64,000 bases of DNA, taken from NCBI GenBank assembly GCA_963822585.1, contig CAWGIE010000045.1:1791-65790 (forward strand), read 5' to 3'. The position numbers and the translations under genes were made by a program. Of the stretch, positions 17,295 through 26,712 are shown piece by piece. Position 1 is the stretch's first letter; each line of letters begins with the position of its first letter. The stretch is from an uncultured bacterium. GTDB lineage: Bacteria; Auribacterota; Erginobacteria; Erginobacterales; Erginobacteraceae. Under the pieces are notes generated by a model, which was given only the letters and a program-made list of their open reading frames with translations, was not told the DNA's origin and did not search any database.

Positions 17295-18902
17295 ATGGCG
17301 GAAAAATACTACATAACCACCCCCATTTACTACGTCAACGACCGGCCGCATATCGGCCATTCCTACACCACCATCGCCGCCGACGTTCTCGCCCGCTACC
17401 GGCGGCTGAAAGGCGAGGAAGTTTTTTTTCTGACCGGGACCGACGAACACGGGATCAAGATCTGCAAGGCCGCCGCCGGACAGGGGATGATGCCCTCAGA
17501 GCTCGCCGACCGGGTCGTCGTCCACTTCCGTGACCTCTGGAAGAAGCTTGACATCAGCTACGATGACTTCATCCGGACCAGCGAACCACGCCACCGGGAA
17601 CGGGTTCAGATCCTGGTCCGCCGTCTGCTCGAGCGGGGGGAGATCTACCGGGGCAGATACGACGGCTGGTACGACGAGGGGGAAGAGGAGTTCGTGACCG
17701 AGAACACCGCCCGGGAGAACGACTATAAAAGCGCTCTCAGCGGGCTTCCCCTCATCCGTCACGCCGAGGAAAGCTACTTCTTCCGCCTTCGCCGCTGGGT
17801 CCCCCGTCTGATCGAGTACATCGAAACTCACCCGGAGTTCATCATGCCCCCCTCCCGGCGCAACGAGGTCCTCAGCAAATTGAAACTGGGGGTGGAGGAC
17901 CTGAGCATCTCCCGGCAGGCGGCGAAATTGATGAACTGGGGGATCCCGATGCCCGATGATCCCCGGTGCAGCGTGTATGTCTGGATCGACGCCCTTTCCA
18001 ACTATATCACCGCCCTGGGATACCCTCCCCGCGAGGAGGGGGAAGATGAGCTGTACAACGCCTGCTGGCCGGCCGCCGTTCAGCTGATCGGGAAGGACAT
18101 CCTCTGGTTCCACGCCGTGTACTGGTCCTGTCTGCTGATGGCCCTGGAGCTGCCCCTCCCGGTGACCATCTTCGCCCACGGCTGGTGGACGAACCGGGGG
18201 AAAAAAATGTCCAAGTCGCTGGGCAACTTTGTTTCCAGCGAGGACATCTCGGCCATCTGCGACGCGTTTTCCATCGACTATTACCGTTATTTCCTTCTTC
18301 GCGCGGTCAGGTTCGGGGAGGACGGTAATTTTTCCGGTGAGAAATTGGTCGATATCTATAACACCGAACTGGCGAACGGCATCGGCAACCTGCTCAGCCG
18401 GACGGTCAGAATGGTGGAAAAATACTCCGGCGGCGGCATCGAGCGGCCCCGGGCGTCCGGTTCCGAGGAAGAGGAGGAAGTGATCGCCGCCGCCCGGGAA
18501 CTCACCGGCCGTTCCGACGGGCACATGAACCGGTTTGAACTTCAATCCTACCTGGACAACATCGTGCGGCTGGAGACCGCGGCCAATCGGTATATTGAAA
18601 AAACCCGGCCCTACAAACTGGCCGGGGAACCCGGTGAGCGGGCACGCCTGTCGCGTATTTTGTCTACCTGCGCGGAAGCCGTTCGGATAATTTTGCTCTA
18701 CCTGCAGCCGGTGATGCCCGAGAAGTCCGTCCTCGGTCTGCGGATGCTCGGGGTTGACCCGGACGGAAAAGATATGTATACACTTCCGGCAGAGTGGGGG
18801 GGATATGAGTGGACCCGGCCGGCAACCAAGGGAGCGCCGCTCTTTCCCAAGGTAAGGGATATTCCCCCTTTTCTTTCCGGAGATACCGCTACCGGGGCCT
18901 GA
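17295..18902 (+). CDS. metG: Methionine--tRNA ligase (short form, no C-terminal Trbp domain)
   Basis: YITTPIYYVND.PHIGH, LTGTDEHG, YVWIDAL.NY, GKDI..FH, KMSKSLGN. Confidence 0.97.
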   Translation: MAEKYYITTPIYYVNDRPHIGHSYTTIAADVLARYRRLKGEEVFFLTGTDEHGIKICKAAAGQGMMPSELADRVVVHFRDLWKKLDISYDDFIRTSEPRHRERVQILVRRLLERGEIYRGRYDGWYDEGEEEFVTENTARENDYKSALSGLPLIRHAEESYFFRLRRWVPRLIEYIETHPEFIMPPSRRNEVLSKLKLGVEDLSISRQAAKLMNWGIPMPDDPRCSVYVWIDALSNYITALGYPPREEGEDELYNACWPAAVQLIGKDILWFHAVYWSCLLMALELPLPVTIFAHGWWTNRGKKMSKSLGNFVSSEDISAICDAFSIDYYRYFLLRAVRFGEDGNFSGEKLVDIYNTELANGIGNLLSRTVRMVEKYSGGGIERPRASGSEEEEEVIAAARELTGRSDGHMNRFELQSYLDNIVRLETAANRYIEKTRPYKLAGEPGERARLSRILSTCAEAVRIILLYLQPVMPEKSVLGLRMLGVDPDGKDMYTLPAEWGGYEWTRPATKGAPLFPKVRDIPPFLSGDTATGA

Positions 18903-19074
18903 TGGAAATTAGTTTTTTCGCTCCGCCCCGAAGTTTTAATCGGGGGAGAAAAAGAATGTAAATTGGAAGAGGCCGGGGTTGGGGGATAGAATGGTTGCCT
19001 GAAAACTGTCCGTATATTCAGGAAAGACATTTGAACAGTCTGTTGAATCTATTTTTTGCGGAGCAAAAAATAAA

Positions 19075-20034
19075 GTGAAGATACTGCTGACCGGAGGGGC
19101 CGGTTTCATCGGATCGCACCTGGCCCGGGCCCTCCTCGAAGAGGGGCACCGGGTGGTGATCGTCGATAATTTCAACGACTATTACGACCCCCGCCTGAAA
19201 GAAGCGAACCTGGCCCCCCTGCGTCAAAACCCGCTCCTGGAAGTAGCGGAGGCCGACATCCGCGACCGGTCGCGGATGGATGAGCTTTTCGCCCGGCACC
19301 GTTTCCCGGCGGTCATTCATCTGGCCGCCCGGGCCGGGGTGCGTCCCTCTCTGGAGCGCCCGCGCATTTACCAGGACGTCAACGTCGGCGGAACGCTGGT
19401 CCTGCTCGAAGGGGCCCGGCGGTCGGGTACGGAAAAATTCATCTTCGCCTCCTCCTCTTCGGTATACGGGGACTGCCCGCGGCAGCCCCTGAAGGAAAGC
19501 GAGCCGGCCCTCCAGCCCATATCTCCCTACGGCCTGACCAAGCTGAACGGGGAACACCTCTGCCGGATCTTTCACCGGCAGTACGGATTGCGGATCGCCG
19601 CCTTGCGCTTTTTCACCGCTTACGGCCCGCGCCAGCGTCCGGACATGGCGATTCATTATTTCAGCCGCCGGATCGTCCGGGGGGAGGAGATCCCGGTATA
19701 CGGGGACGGGAATTCCCGCCGGGACTACACCTACATCGACGATATCGTCGCCGGGATCCTCTCCTCACTCCGGGCCGATTACGGTTTCGAGATTTTCAAC
19801 CTGGGAGGAGGGCACTCCGTCACCCTGGCGGAACTGATCGACCTGCTGGGCGAAAAACTAGGGACCCGTCCGGTTTTAAAACGGCTGCCCTTCCAGCCCG
19901 GGGATGTCATGGCCACCCTGGCCGATGTCGGTAAGGCCCGCGCTTTGCTTGACTACCGTCCCCAAACCACCTTGCCCGAAGGGCTGGAATCCTTTGTCAG
20001 CTGGTTCCGGGCGGAAGAGAAGGAGGCTTCGTGA
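19075..20034 (+). CDS. NAD-dependent epimerase (UDP-glucuronate 4-epimerase-like)
   Basis: GGAGFIG, HLAARAGVR, ASSSSVYG, YGLTK, RFFTAYGPRQRPDMA, RDYTYIDD. Confidence 0.92.
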   Translation: MKILLTGGAGFIGSHLARALLEEGHRVVIVDNFNDYYDPRLKEANLAPLRQNPLLEVAEADIRDRSRMDELFARHRFPAVIHLAARAGVRPSLERPRIYQDVNVGGTLVLLEGARRSGTEKFIFASSSSVYGDCPRQPLKESEPALQPISPYGLTKLNGEHLCRIFHRQYGLRIAALRFFTAYGPRQRPDMAIHYFSRRIVRGEEIPVYGDGNSRRDYTYIDDIVAGILSSLRADYGFEIFNLGGGHSVTLAELIDLLGEKLGTRPVLKRLPFQPGDVMATLADVGKARALLDYRPQTTLPEGLESFVSWFRAEEKEAS

Positions 20035-22391
20035 GCCGACCGGGGAAAAAGGAGCGTTTCATCCGTCATGCCGGCGCCCTGCTGCTGATTTCCGGGCTTG
20101 CCGTCGTCGTCGTCGCCTGCGGCAGTTCCGGCGCCTTCGAGCCTTCCCCCGCTCCTGATTCCGGGAGCGGCGGGGACGGCGGCCTTGTCGACCAGAACTG
20201 GCCCGGGGCTCCGACGCCGCCCGAATTTGCCGGAGAGATCCTCGAGCCGCCCCCGGAGTTCACCCCCACTGCCACCGTGCCGGCGGGGGTGCTGACGCCG
20301 TCTCCCACACCCGTCCCCACCCCCCTGTCGGCCATTGTCTGCGAGGGAGACCGGGTGCGCTACCGGGACAACGGGAAGACGATCGTGGCCGAGGGCAACG
20401 TCCGGATCGGGTACAAAAACATGACGCTGACCGCGGACCGGGTCACCGTTTATGTGGACCGGAAAGAGGCCTACGCGGATGGTAATGTGACCCTGACCCA
20501 GTGGAACAACGTCATCACCACCGACAAGATCAGGTACGATTTTATCCGGGAGCAGGGCATCATGGCGCCGGGAGTCGGGTATTACGCTCCCTGGTACGGC
20601 CGCTCGGGAACGGTGGAAGCTGACGGGAACGAGAAGGTCACCTTTCTCGAGGGGAGCGCCTCCACCTGCGATGAAGACGAACCTCACTACCATCTCGAGG
20701 CCAAGAAGCTCGTCATCTATCCCGATGAAGAGCTGGTCGCGTATAACAATGTCCTCTACATCGGCGATCTTCCTGTTTTCTGGCTTCCCTATTACCGGAA
20801 AACCTTGAAAGACGACTGCCGGGGGTTCTTCGTCTATCCCGGTTTCCGAAACAACTGGGGCTTCTTCTTCCTCTCCGGGTATCACTGGTGCGCCCCGGGG
20901 ATACAGACGACCCTGCACCTGGATTACCGCTACCTGCGGGGACTGGCCTACGGACTGGATGGAAAATTCTACGTGGGCGGTTCCGGCCGGGGCCAGTGGC
21001 AGACCTACTATCTCCAGGACGACCGGTATGAAGAGAGCGAGGGAGAGTATACCAAAAAGGAACGATACCTGATCAATCTGGTCTATAAACAGAACCTGAT
21101 CTACCGGATAGGGGGGACCCTCTCCGTCAACTACCTGAGCGATTCCACCATCCGGAAGGACTTCTTCCGCCGGGAGTACGATGCCGATTCACAGCCTGAC
21201 TCTTTTCTCTACCTGAGCCGGCGCTGGCAGGACATCACCCTGAGCTTTGAGGTCAGACCGCGTCTGAACGAATTCTACCAGGTTGTCGAAAAGCTGCCGG
21301 AGGCAAAACTCCAGGTCCAGGAAATCCAGCTCGGGGACAGCGATTTTTATTACCAGGGGATCAATTCCTTCTCCAACTTTCAGAAGAAATACGCCAACGA
21401 AGCCTCCGCCCGGTACGCATCCGCCCGTTTCGATACCTTTCATCAGCTCAGCTACTCGAAAAAGTTCTTCGGCTGGCTTAATTTCTATCCCGCGGTCAGC
21501 ATCCGGGGCGATTTCTATTCCCGGGGACCGGGCGAGACCGAGCCCTCGGGTTCCTCCGTCTCCCCGGCCGTCACCACCGCCCCGACGCCCCGGCCGACCC
21601 CGTCGCCCGAGCCTCGCGACCGGCGCGATTTCTGGCGCGAGGTCTTCGCCTACAGCGTCGGGGTATCGACCGATATCTACGGTATCTACCCGGCCCGAAG
21701 CGACTGGCTGGAGATCGACAAGCTGCGGCATGTCATCACCCCCTCGGTGGACTACATTTTCGTCAACAATCCCAGCGTCTACTACGAGGACGTCTACCAA
21801 TTTGACAAGATCGACAAGATACAGAGAGAGAATTACTTCGCGCTCAACCTCCGCAACCAGCTTCAGACCAAGCGCTACCGGAGGAGCGGAGAGATGAGCT
21901 GGACCCTGGCCGACCTGATCCTCTCCACCCCGCTTTACACCAAGCCGGACCGGGACAATGACGGGCGCCTGATAGGGAACCTGGATACCCACCTCGAGAT
22001 CATTCCCTTCTCCTATATCGGGCTCGATCTCGACAACAAGTACAATACCTATGACAACCGGTTTATCGAGAACTCCCTGGATATCTGGGTGAAACCGGAG
22101 GATGACTGGTGGGTGACTTTTTCACATTACTACCGCCGGCAAAAAGACCGCAACCTGGTGGGTGCGGAGGTGTACCTCCGGATCAATCCTCTCTGGGCTT
22201 TCAAGGTATATGGCCGGTATGACACCGTCGCGGGACAATTCGATCAGGAGACGGTCACCATTTACCGGGACCTGCATTGCTGGACCTCCTACCTCCAGTT
22301 CGTGAGGAGGGAAGATGAGAACGAATACTCCATTTATCTCGCCCTGTGGATCAAGTCGTTTGCAAAGTCCCCGCTCAATCTGAGCAATTAA
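20031..22391 (+). CDS. lptD: LPS-assembly protein LptD-like outer-membrane protein
   Basis: Signal region with VVVAC; OstA-like AEGNVRI...LTADRV; STCD..PHY; aromatic-rich barrel; C-terminal YRDLHCW. Confidence 0.75.
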   Translation: MSRPGKKERFIRHAGALLLISGLAVVVVACGSSGAFEPSPAPDSGSGGDGGLVDQNWPGAPTPPEFAGEILEPPPEFTPTATVPAGVLTPSPTPVPTPLSAIVCEGDRVRYRDNGKTIVAEGNVRIGYKNMTLTADRVTVYVDRKEAYADGNVTLTQWNNVITTDKIRYDFIREQGIMAPGVGYYAPWYGRSGTVEADGNEKVTFLEGSASTCDEDEPHYHLEAKKLVIYPDEELVAYNNVLYIGDLPVFWLPYYRKTLKDDCRGFFVYPGFRNNWGFFFLSGYHWCAPGIQTTLHLDYRYLRGLAYGLDGKFYVGGSGRGQWQTYYLQDDRYEESEGEYTKKERYLINLVYKQNLIYRIGGTLSVNYLSDSTIRKDFFRREYDADSQPDSFLYLSRRWQDITLSFEVRPRLNEFYQVVEKLPEAKLQVQEIQLGDSDFYYQGINSFSNFQKKYANEASARYASARFDTFHQLSYSKKFFGWLNFYPAVSIRGDFYSRGPGETEPSGSSVSPAVTTAPTPRPTPSPEPRDRRDFWREVFAYSVGVSTDIYGIYPARSDWLEIDKLRHVITPSVDYIFVNNPSVYYEDVYQFDKIDKIQRENYFALNLRNQLQTKRYRRSGEMSWTLADLILSTPLYTKPDRDNDGRLIGNLDTHLEIIPFSYIGLDLDNKYNTYDNRFIENSLDIWVKPEDDWWVTFSHYYRRQKDRNLVGAEVYLRINPLWAFKVYGRYDTVAGQFDQETVTIYRDLHCWTSYLQFVRREDENEYSIYLALWIKSFAKSPLNLSN

Positions 22392-22422
22392 AATCCGGGC
22401 GCACAGCGCCCGGATTTTAATT
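22386..22422. terminator. Hairpin / bidirectional terminator after the lptD-like gene
   Basis: AATTAAAATCCGGGCGC-ACA-GCGCCCGGATTTTAATT perfect inverted repeat. Confidence 0.7.
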
Positions 22423-22597
22423 TCGAATTCCCTTACCGGGATTATTCATGAAGAGCGAAAATGTGCGTTACTACTCACGCTATTCCTGGCATTGTTCAAA
22501 ACTAAATTAGCTCCGCCGGCGCTAATTTAAACTGTACAATCAAAAACTCGCTTGTTACTATGGCGGGCTTTATTTTTATCTACCTCAGGAGGTTTTG

Positions 22598-23887
22598 ATG
22601 AATGTTACTATTATCGGGACGGGTTATGTCGGCCTGGTAACCGGGGCCACTCTGGCGGAACTGGGTAACCGGGTTATCTGTGTCGACAACAATGAAGAGA
22701 AGATCGCCATGCTGAACCAGGACGGGATCCCCATTTACGAACCCGGTCTGAAGGAGATGGTGCGTTCGGCCCGGCAAGCCGGGAGAATGTCGTTTATAAC
22801 TTCGATCGGAGAGGGAGTACGGGCTTCCGATATCATTTTTATCGCCGTCAGCACCCCCCCAAAGGAAGATGGTTCGGCGGATTTGAGCGCGGTCGCGGCG
22901 GTGGCGCGGGAAGTGGCCGAGAACCTGAACGGTTACAAGGTGATTGTGGACAAGAGCACCGTCCCCGTGAAGACCGGGGAAAAGGTCGCCGAGACGATAA
23001 AGCGCTACAGCAAGGGCAGCGGTGATTTCGATGTCGTTTCCAACCCTGAATTTCTCCGTGAGGGATCGGCCATCTATGATACCTTCCACCCGGATCGGAT
23101 CGTTATCGGGACCTCGAGCAAGCGCGCGGCCGATCTCCTGATCGAGCTCTACAAACCTCTGGCCGCGCCGGTCATCGTTACCGATATCAACAGCGCCGAG
23201 ATTATCAAGCACGCCGCCAATTCCTTTTTGGCCACCAAGATATCGTTCGCCAATGCCCTGGCTCATATCTGCGAGGCGTCGGGCGCGAACGTGGAAGAAG
23301 TGACCCGGGGCGTGGGACTGGACAACCGGGTCGGGAGCAAGTTTCTCAACGCGGGCGTCGGCTACGGCGGGTCCTGTTTCCCGAAAGACGTCTCGGCCTT
23401 TATCGCCATCGCCGAAGAACTGGGTTATGATTTCCGTCTGCTGAAAGAGGTGGAGCGGATAAACGAGGAGCAGGCCGAGTACTTCTTCAACAAGATCAAG
23501 GAAACCCTCTGGGTGCTCGAGGGCAAGTTGATCGGCGTGCTGGGACTGGCCTTCAAGCCCGATACCGACGACATGAGAAATGCGCCCTCGGTGAAGATCA
23601 TTCAGCGTTTGCTGGCGGAAGGAGCGAAGATCAAGGCCTTCGACCCCAAGTCGATGGAGAAGGCGAAAGAATACCTCCCCGGCATTGAGTACTGCGGCAA
23701 TCCCTATCAGGTTGCCGAGCAAGCCGAAGCCCTGATTATCGTTACCGAGTGGAATGAATTCAAGGAAATGGATCTGAAGAAGATCAAGAGCCTTCTCCAT
23801 CAGCCGATCATCATTGACGGCCGCAACATCTACGACCCCGAGAAAATGGAGAGTTTGGGATTTATTTACAAGAGCGTGGGCAGGTAA
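22598..23887 (+). CDS. ugd: UDP-glucose/GDP-mannose dehydrogenase family protein
   Basis: GTGYVGL, KSTVP, SNPEFLREG, GYGGSCFPKD, LGLAFKPDTDD, DGRN. Confidence 0.93.
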   Translation: MNVTIIGTGYVGLVTGATLAELGNRVICVDNNEEKIAMLNQDGIPIYEPGLKEMVRSARQAGRMSFITSIGEGVRASDIIFIAVSTPPKEDGSADLSAVAAVAREVAENLNGYKVIVDKSTVPVKTGEKVAETIKRYSKGSGDFDVVSNPEFLREGSAIYDTFHPDRIVIGTSSKRAADLLIELYKPLAAPVIVTDINSAEIIKHAANSFLATKISFANALAHICEASGANVEEVTRGVGLDNRVGSKFLNAGVGYGGSCFPKDVSAFIAIAEELGYDFRLLKEVERINEEQAEYFFNKIKETLWVLEGKLIGVLGLAFKPDTDDMRNAPSVKIIQRLLAEGAKIKAFDPKSMEKAKEYLPGIEYCGNPYQVAEQAEALIIVTEWNEFKEMDLKKIKSLLHQPIIIDGRNIYDPEKMESLGFIYKSVGR

Positions 23888-23889
23888 AA

Positions 23890-23982
23890 CGCAGAGCGCA
23901 GAGGGCATAGAGCATAGAGCACGTGGTTCCAGCGGGGCCGATTTTCCCCCGGCGCTCTGCGCTATGCCCTCTGCGCTTTGCA
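23890..23982. repeat. Fold-back repeat family E (GCAGAGC/GCATAGA 7-mers); second copy at 63277-63359
   Basis: CGCAGAGCGCAGAGGGCATAGAGCATAGAGC ... GCTCTGCGCTATGCCCTCTGCGC. Confidence 0.85.
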
Positions 23983-24045
23983 TTTTATGATATCTCCGGT
24001 AATCCGGGAAAATTTTCCATTTGTTGAGAGACGCATAATTTTGTC

Positions 24046-24980
24046 GTGAAGATATTAGTCACAGGCGGGGCCGGGTTCATCGGGTCGCATATTGTCAGGG
24101 CCCTGGTCGAGGGAGGTGACCGGGTCTGGGTGATCGACGATTACTCGACCGGCCGGGCGGAAAACCTTGACGACATCCGGTCCCGGATCACCGTGGTCGA
24201 GGGGGATATTCGGGATGAATCGGTTGCCGGTCCGGTCCTGCGGGAAGTCGAGGGGGTCTTTCACCAGGCGGCGCTGCCCTCGGTTCCCCGCTCATTCGCC
24301 GATCCGGTCGGGACCACCTCCGTCAATGCCGCCGGCACGCTGAACCTGCTCGAAGCAGCCCGAAGGAGCCGGATCCGCCTTTTTGTCTTCGCCTCCTCGT
24401 CGTCGGTATACGGGGATGTCGGGGGCGGCGCCAAGCGGGAAGACCTGCCGCCCTGTCCGCTCTCTCCCTACGCGGCCAGCAAGCTGGCCGGGGAGAATTA
24501 CTGCCGGCTCTACTGGAAGCTGTACGGCTTGCCCGCGATCAGCCTTCGCTATTTCAATGTCTTCGGTCCCGGCCAGGATCCGGCCTCGCAGTACGCCGCC
24601 GTTCTTCCCCTGTTTATCACGGCCATTCTCCGGGGCGAGTCCCCGGTTATTTACGGCGACGGCCGGCAAAGCCGGGACTTTACTTATGTCGATAACGTGG
24701 TCCGGGCCAACCTGGACTGTCTTTCCGCTCCCCCGGAAGCCAGGGGGAGCTCTTCAACGTCGCCTGCGGCGAGGAGACGGGCCTCCTGACCGTCCTGGAT
24801 ATTTTGCGCGACGCCTCGGGAGCATCGGTCTCCCCGGTTTTTGAAGCGCCCCGGCTTGGAGATGTCCGTCATTCGCTGGCCGATATCGGGAAGGCCCGTG
24901 AAGTCCTGGGTTACCGTCCCCAGGTATCATTTTCCGAGGGGTTGAAAAGAACGTTTAAATATTTTAAAAACAAGGAATGA
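24046..24980 (+). pseudogene. NAD-dependent epimerase (WbpP/VI-polysaccharide-like) with an apparent 1-nt frameshift in G5 at 24743-24747
   Basis: GGAGFIG, HQAALPSVPRS, YAASK, RYFNVFGP, RDFTYVDNVV; adding one G restores GELFNVACG...GDVRHSLADIGKAREVLGY...EGLKRT ending at TGA 24978-24980. Confidence 0.85.
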
Positions 24981-24989
24981 GGATACTGA

Positions 24990-25200
24990 GAATGATGAAA
25001 TCCGAATGACGAATGACGAAAGAATGACGAAATACGAATGACGAATAACGAAAAAATGACGAAATTCGAATGACGAATGACGAAAGAATGACGAAATCCG
25101 AATGACGAATGACGAAAGAATGACTAAATCCGAATGACGAATGATGAAAAAATGACGAAATCCGAATGACGAATGACGAAAGAATGACGAAATCCGAATG
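24990..25200 (+). repeat. Minisatellite of ~6.6 x 32-bp units (family C), with inverted arm at 25277-25328; relatives at 50841-50912 and 56780-56972
   Basis: Unit GAATGACGAAATCCGAATGACGAATGACGAAA starts at 24990, 25022, 25054, 25086, 25118, 25150, 25182. Confidence 0.95.
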
Positions 25201-25397
25201 TTAAAGCGGTGCCTGCGGGAGTTATTCGCGCCTTCGTGCGGCTTGAGAAAAGGCCAAGGTTGAGTGATGAGGGTTGGTCATTCGTCATTAGGGTTTCTTT
25301 CGGATTTCGTCATTCGGGTTTCGTCATTAAATCAATTTATAATGCCCCAACAGTATCAACTACTTTCAAATAGCAATTCATTCCGAGGAGATAAACC

Positions 25398-26498
25398 ATG
25401 ACGGTCCCATTACTTGACCTTCCGGCGCAGTACCGTGAGATCCAGCCCGATCTCGAGAAAGAAGTCATCGAAATCCTGCGCAGCGGCCGTTACATCAAGG
25501 GCTCCCGGATGGAGGCCCTGGAGGAGGAGCTGGCGCTCTACTGCGGGGTCACTAAGGCCATCGCCTGCGCTTCCGGGACCGACGCCATCCTCCTGGCCCT
25601 GATGGCGCTGGAAGTCGGCGCCGGCGACGAGGTGATCACCACCCCGTACACGTTCTTCGCCACCGGCGGGAGCATTTCCCGTCTGGGCGCGCGCCCGGTC
25701 TTCGTGGACATCGACCCCGACACCTACAACATAAACCCCGCCTTGATCGAGGAAGCCGTGACCGGAAAAACGGCGGCGATTATCCCGGTTCACCTCTACG
25801 GACAATGTGCCGACATGGACCCGATCCTGGAGCTGGGGCGCCGGAAAACCATCCCGGTGATCGAGGACGCCGCCCAGGCGATCGGAGCTCTCTACCGGGG
25901 AAAGAAAGCGGGTTCGATGGGGACTGTCGGCTGCTTCAGCTTCTTCCCCTCGAAAAACCTGGGGGCCTGCGGTGACGGCGGGTTCATGACCACCGGCGAC
26001 GACGCCCTGGCCGAACTGTTGACCATTCTCCGCGAGCATGGCGCCCGGCCGAAATACTATCATCGGATGATCGGCATCAACAGCCGCCTGGACGCCCTCC
26101 AGGCCGGGATCATTCTGGTCAAGCTTCCCCACCTGGAAAAATGGCACCAGGGCCGCCGGAAGAATGCCGCTTTCTATGACGAGCACCTCCAGGATCTCCC
26201 CCTGACGCTGCCCCGGGTGAGCGATGACTGCGTGAGCGTCTTCAACCAGTACGTTATCCGCACCCCCCGGCGGGACGCTCTCCGCGAGCACCTGCGGAAG
26301 CGGGGGATCGGAAACGAGATTTATTATCCCGTCCCCCTCCATCTCCAGGAATGCTACCGGGACCTCGGATACCGGGAAGGCTCCCTGCCGGAGGCGGAGA
26401 AGGCGGCCCGGGAGACCCTGGCCATCCCGATCTATCCCCAGCTGACGGAAGAACAGCTGGAGGAGGTCGTTTCTGCAATTAAAGATTTTTTCGGTTAA
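25398..26498 (+). CDS. DegT/DnrJ/EryC1/StrS family PLP-dependent aminotransferase
   Basis: ASGTDA, GDEVITTPYTF, PVHLYGQ, EDAAQAIG, SFFPSKNLG..GDGG, NSRLD. Confidence 0.95.
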   Translation: MTVPLLDLPAQYREIQPDLEKEVIEILRSGRYIKGSRMEALEEELALYCGVTKAIACASGTDAILLALMALEVGAGDEVITTPYTFFATGGSISRLGARPVFVDIDPDTYNINPALIEEAVTGKTAAIIPVHLYGQCADMDPILELGRRKTIPVIEDAAQAIGALYRGKKAGSMGTVGCFSFFPSKNLGACGDGGFMTTGDDALAELLTILREHGARPKYYHRMIGINSRLDALQAGIILVKLPHLEKWHQGRRKNAAFYDEHLQDLPLTLPRVSDDCVSVFNQYVIRTPRRDALREHLRKRGIGNEIYYPVPLHLQECYRDLGYREGSLPEAEKAARETLAIPIYPQLTEEQLEEVVSAIKDFFG

Positions 26499-26532
26499 AA
26501 CGAGCACCCCTGGTGCAAGGTATTTCATTAAC

Positions 26533-26695
26533 GAAATTCCAAATAACAAATCCCAAATTACAAACAAATCTCAAATTCCAATGACCAAAATAACAAACGA
26601 CTGGTCCATATCTAGAGGTGTAGGCTGTCCGTTTTGGTCATTGGAATTTTGAATTTGTGATTTATTTGTTATTTGGTGCTTGGGATTTGGGATTT
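26533..26695. repeat. Fold-back repeat family F (AAATCCC/AAATTCC 7-mers); others at 52369-52616 and 60378-60613
   Basis: GAAATTCCAAATAACAAATCCCAAATTACAAACAAAT ... TTGGAATTTTGAATTTGTGATTTATTTGTTATTTGGTGCTTGGGATTTGGGATTT. Confidence 0.85.
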
Positions 26696-26712
26696 TTCTC
26701 AGGTGAATTGTT

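Noticed and set aside
24990-25200. Possible CRISPR array (32-bp periodicity)
   Set aside because: Units are contiguous with no unique spacers, and there are no cas genes in the window
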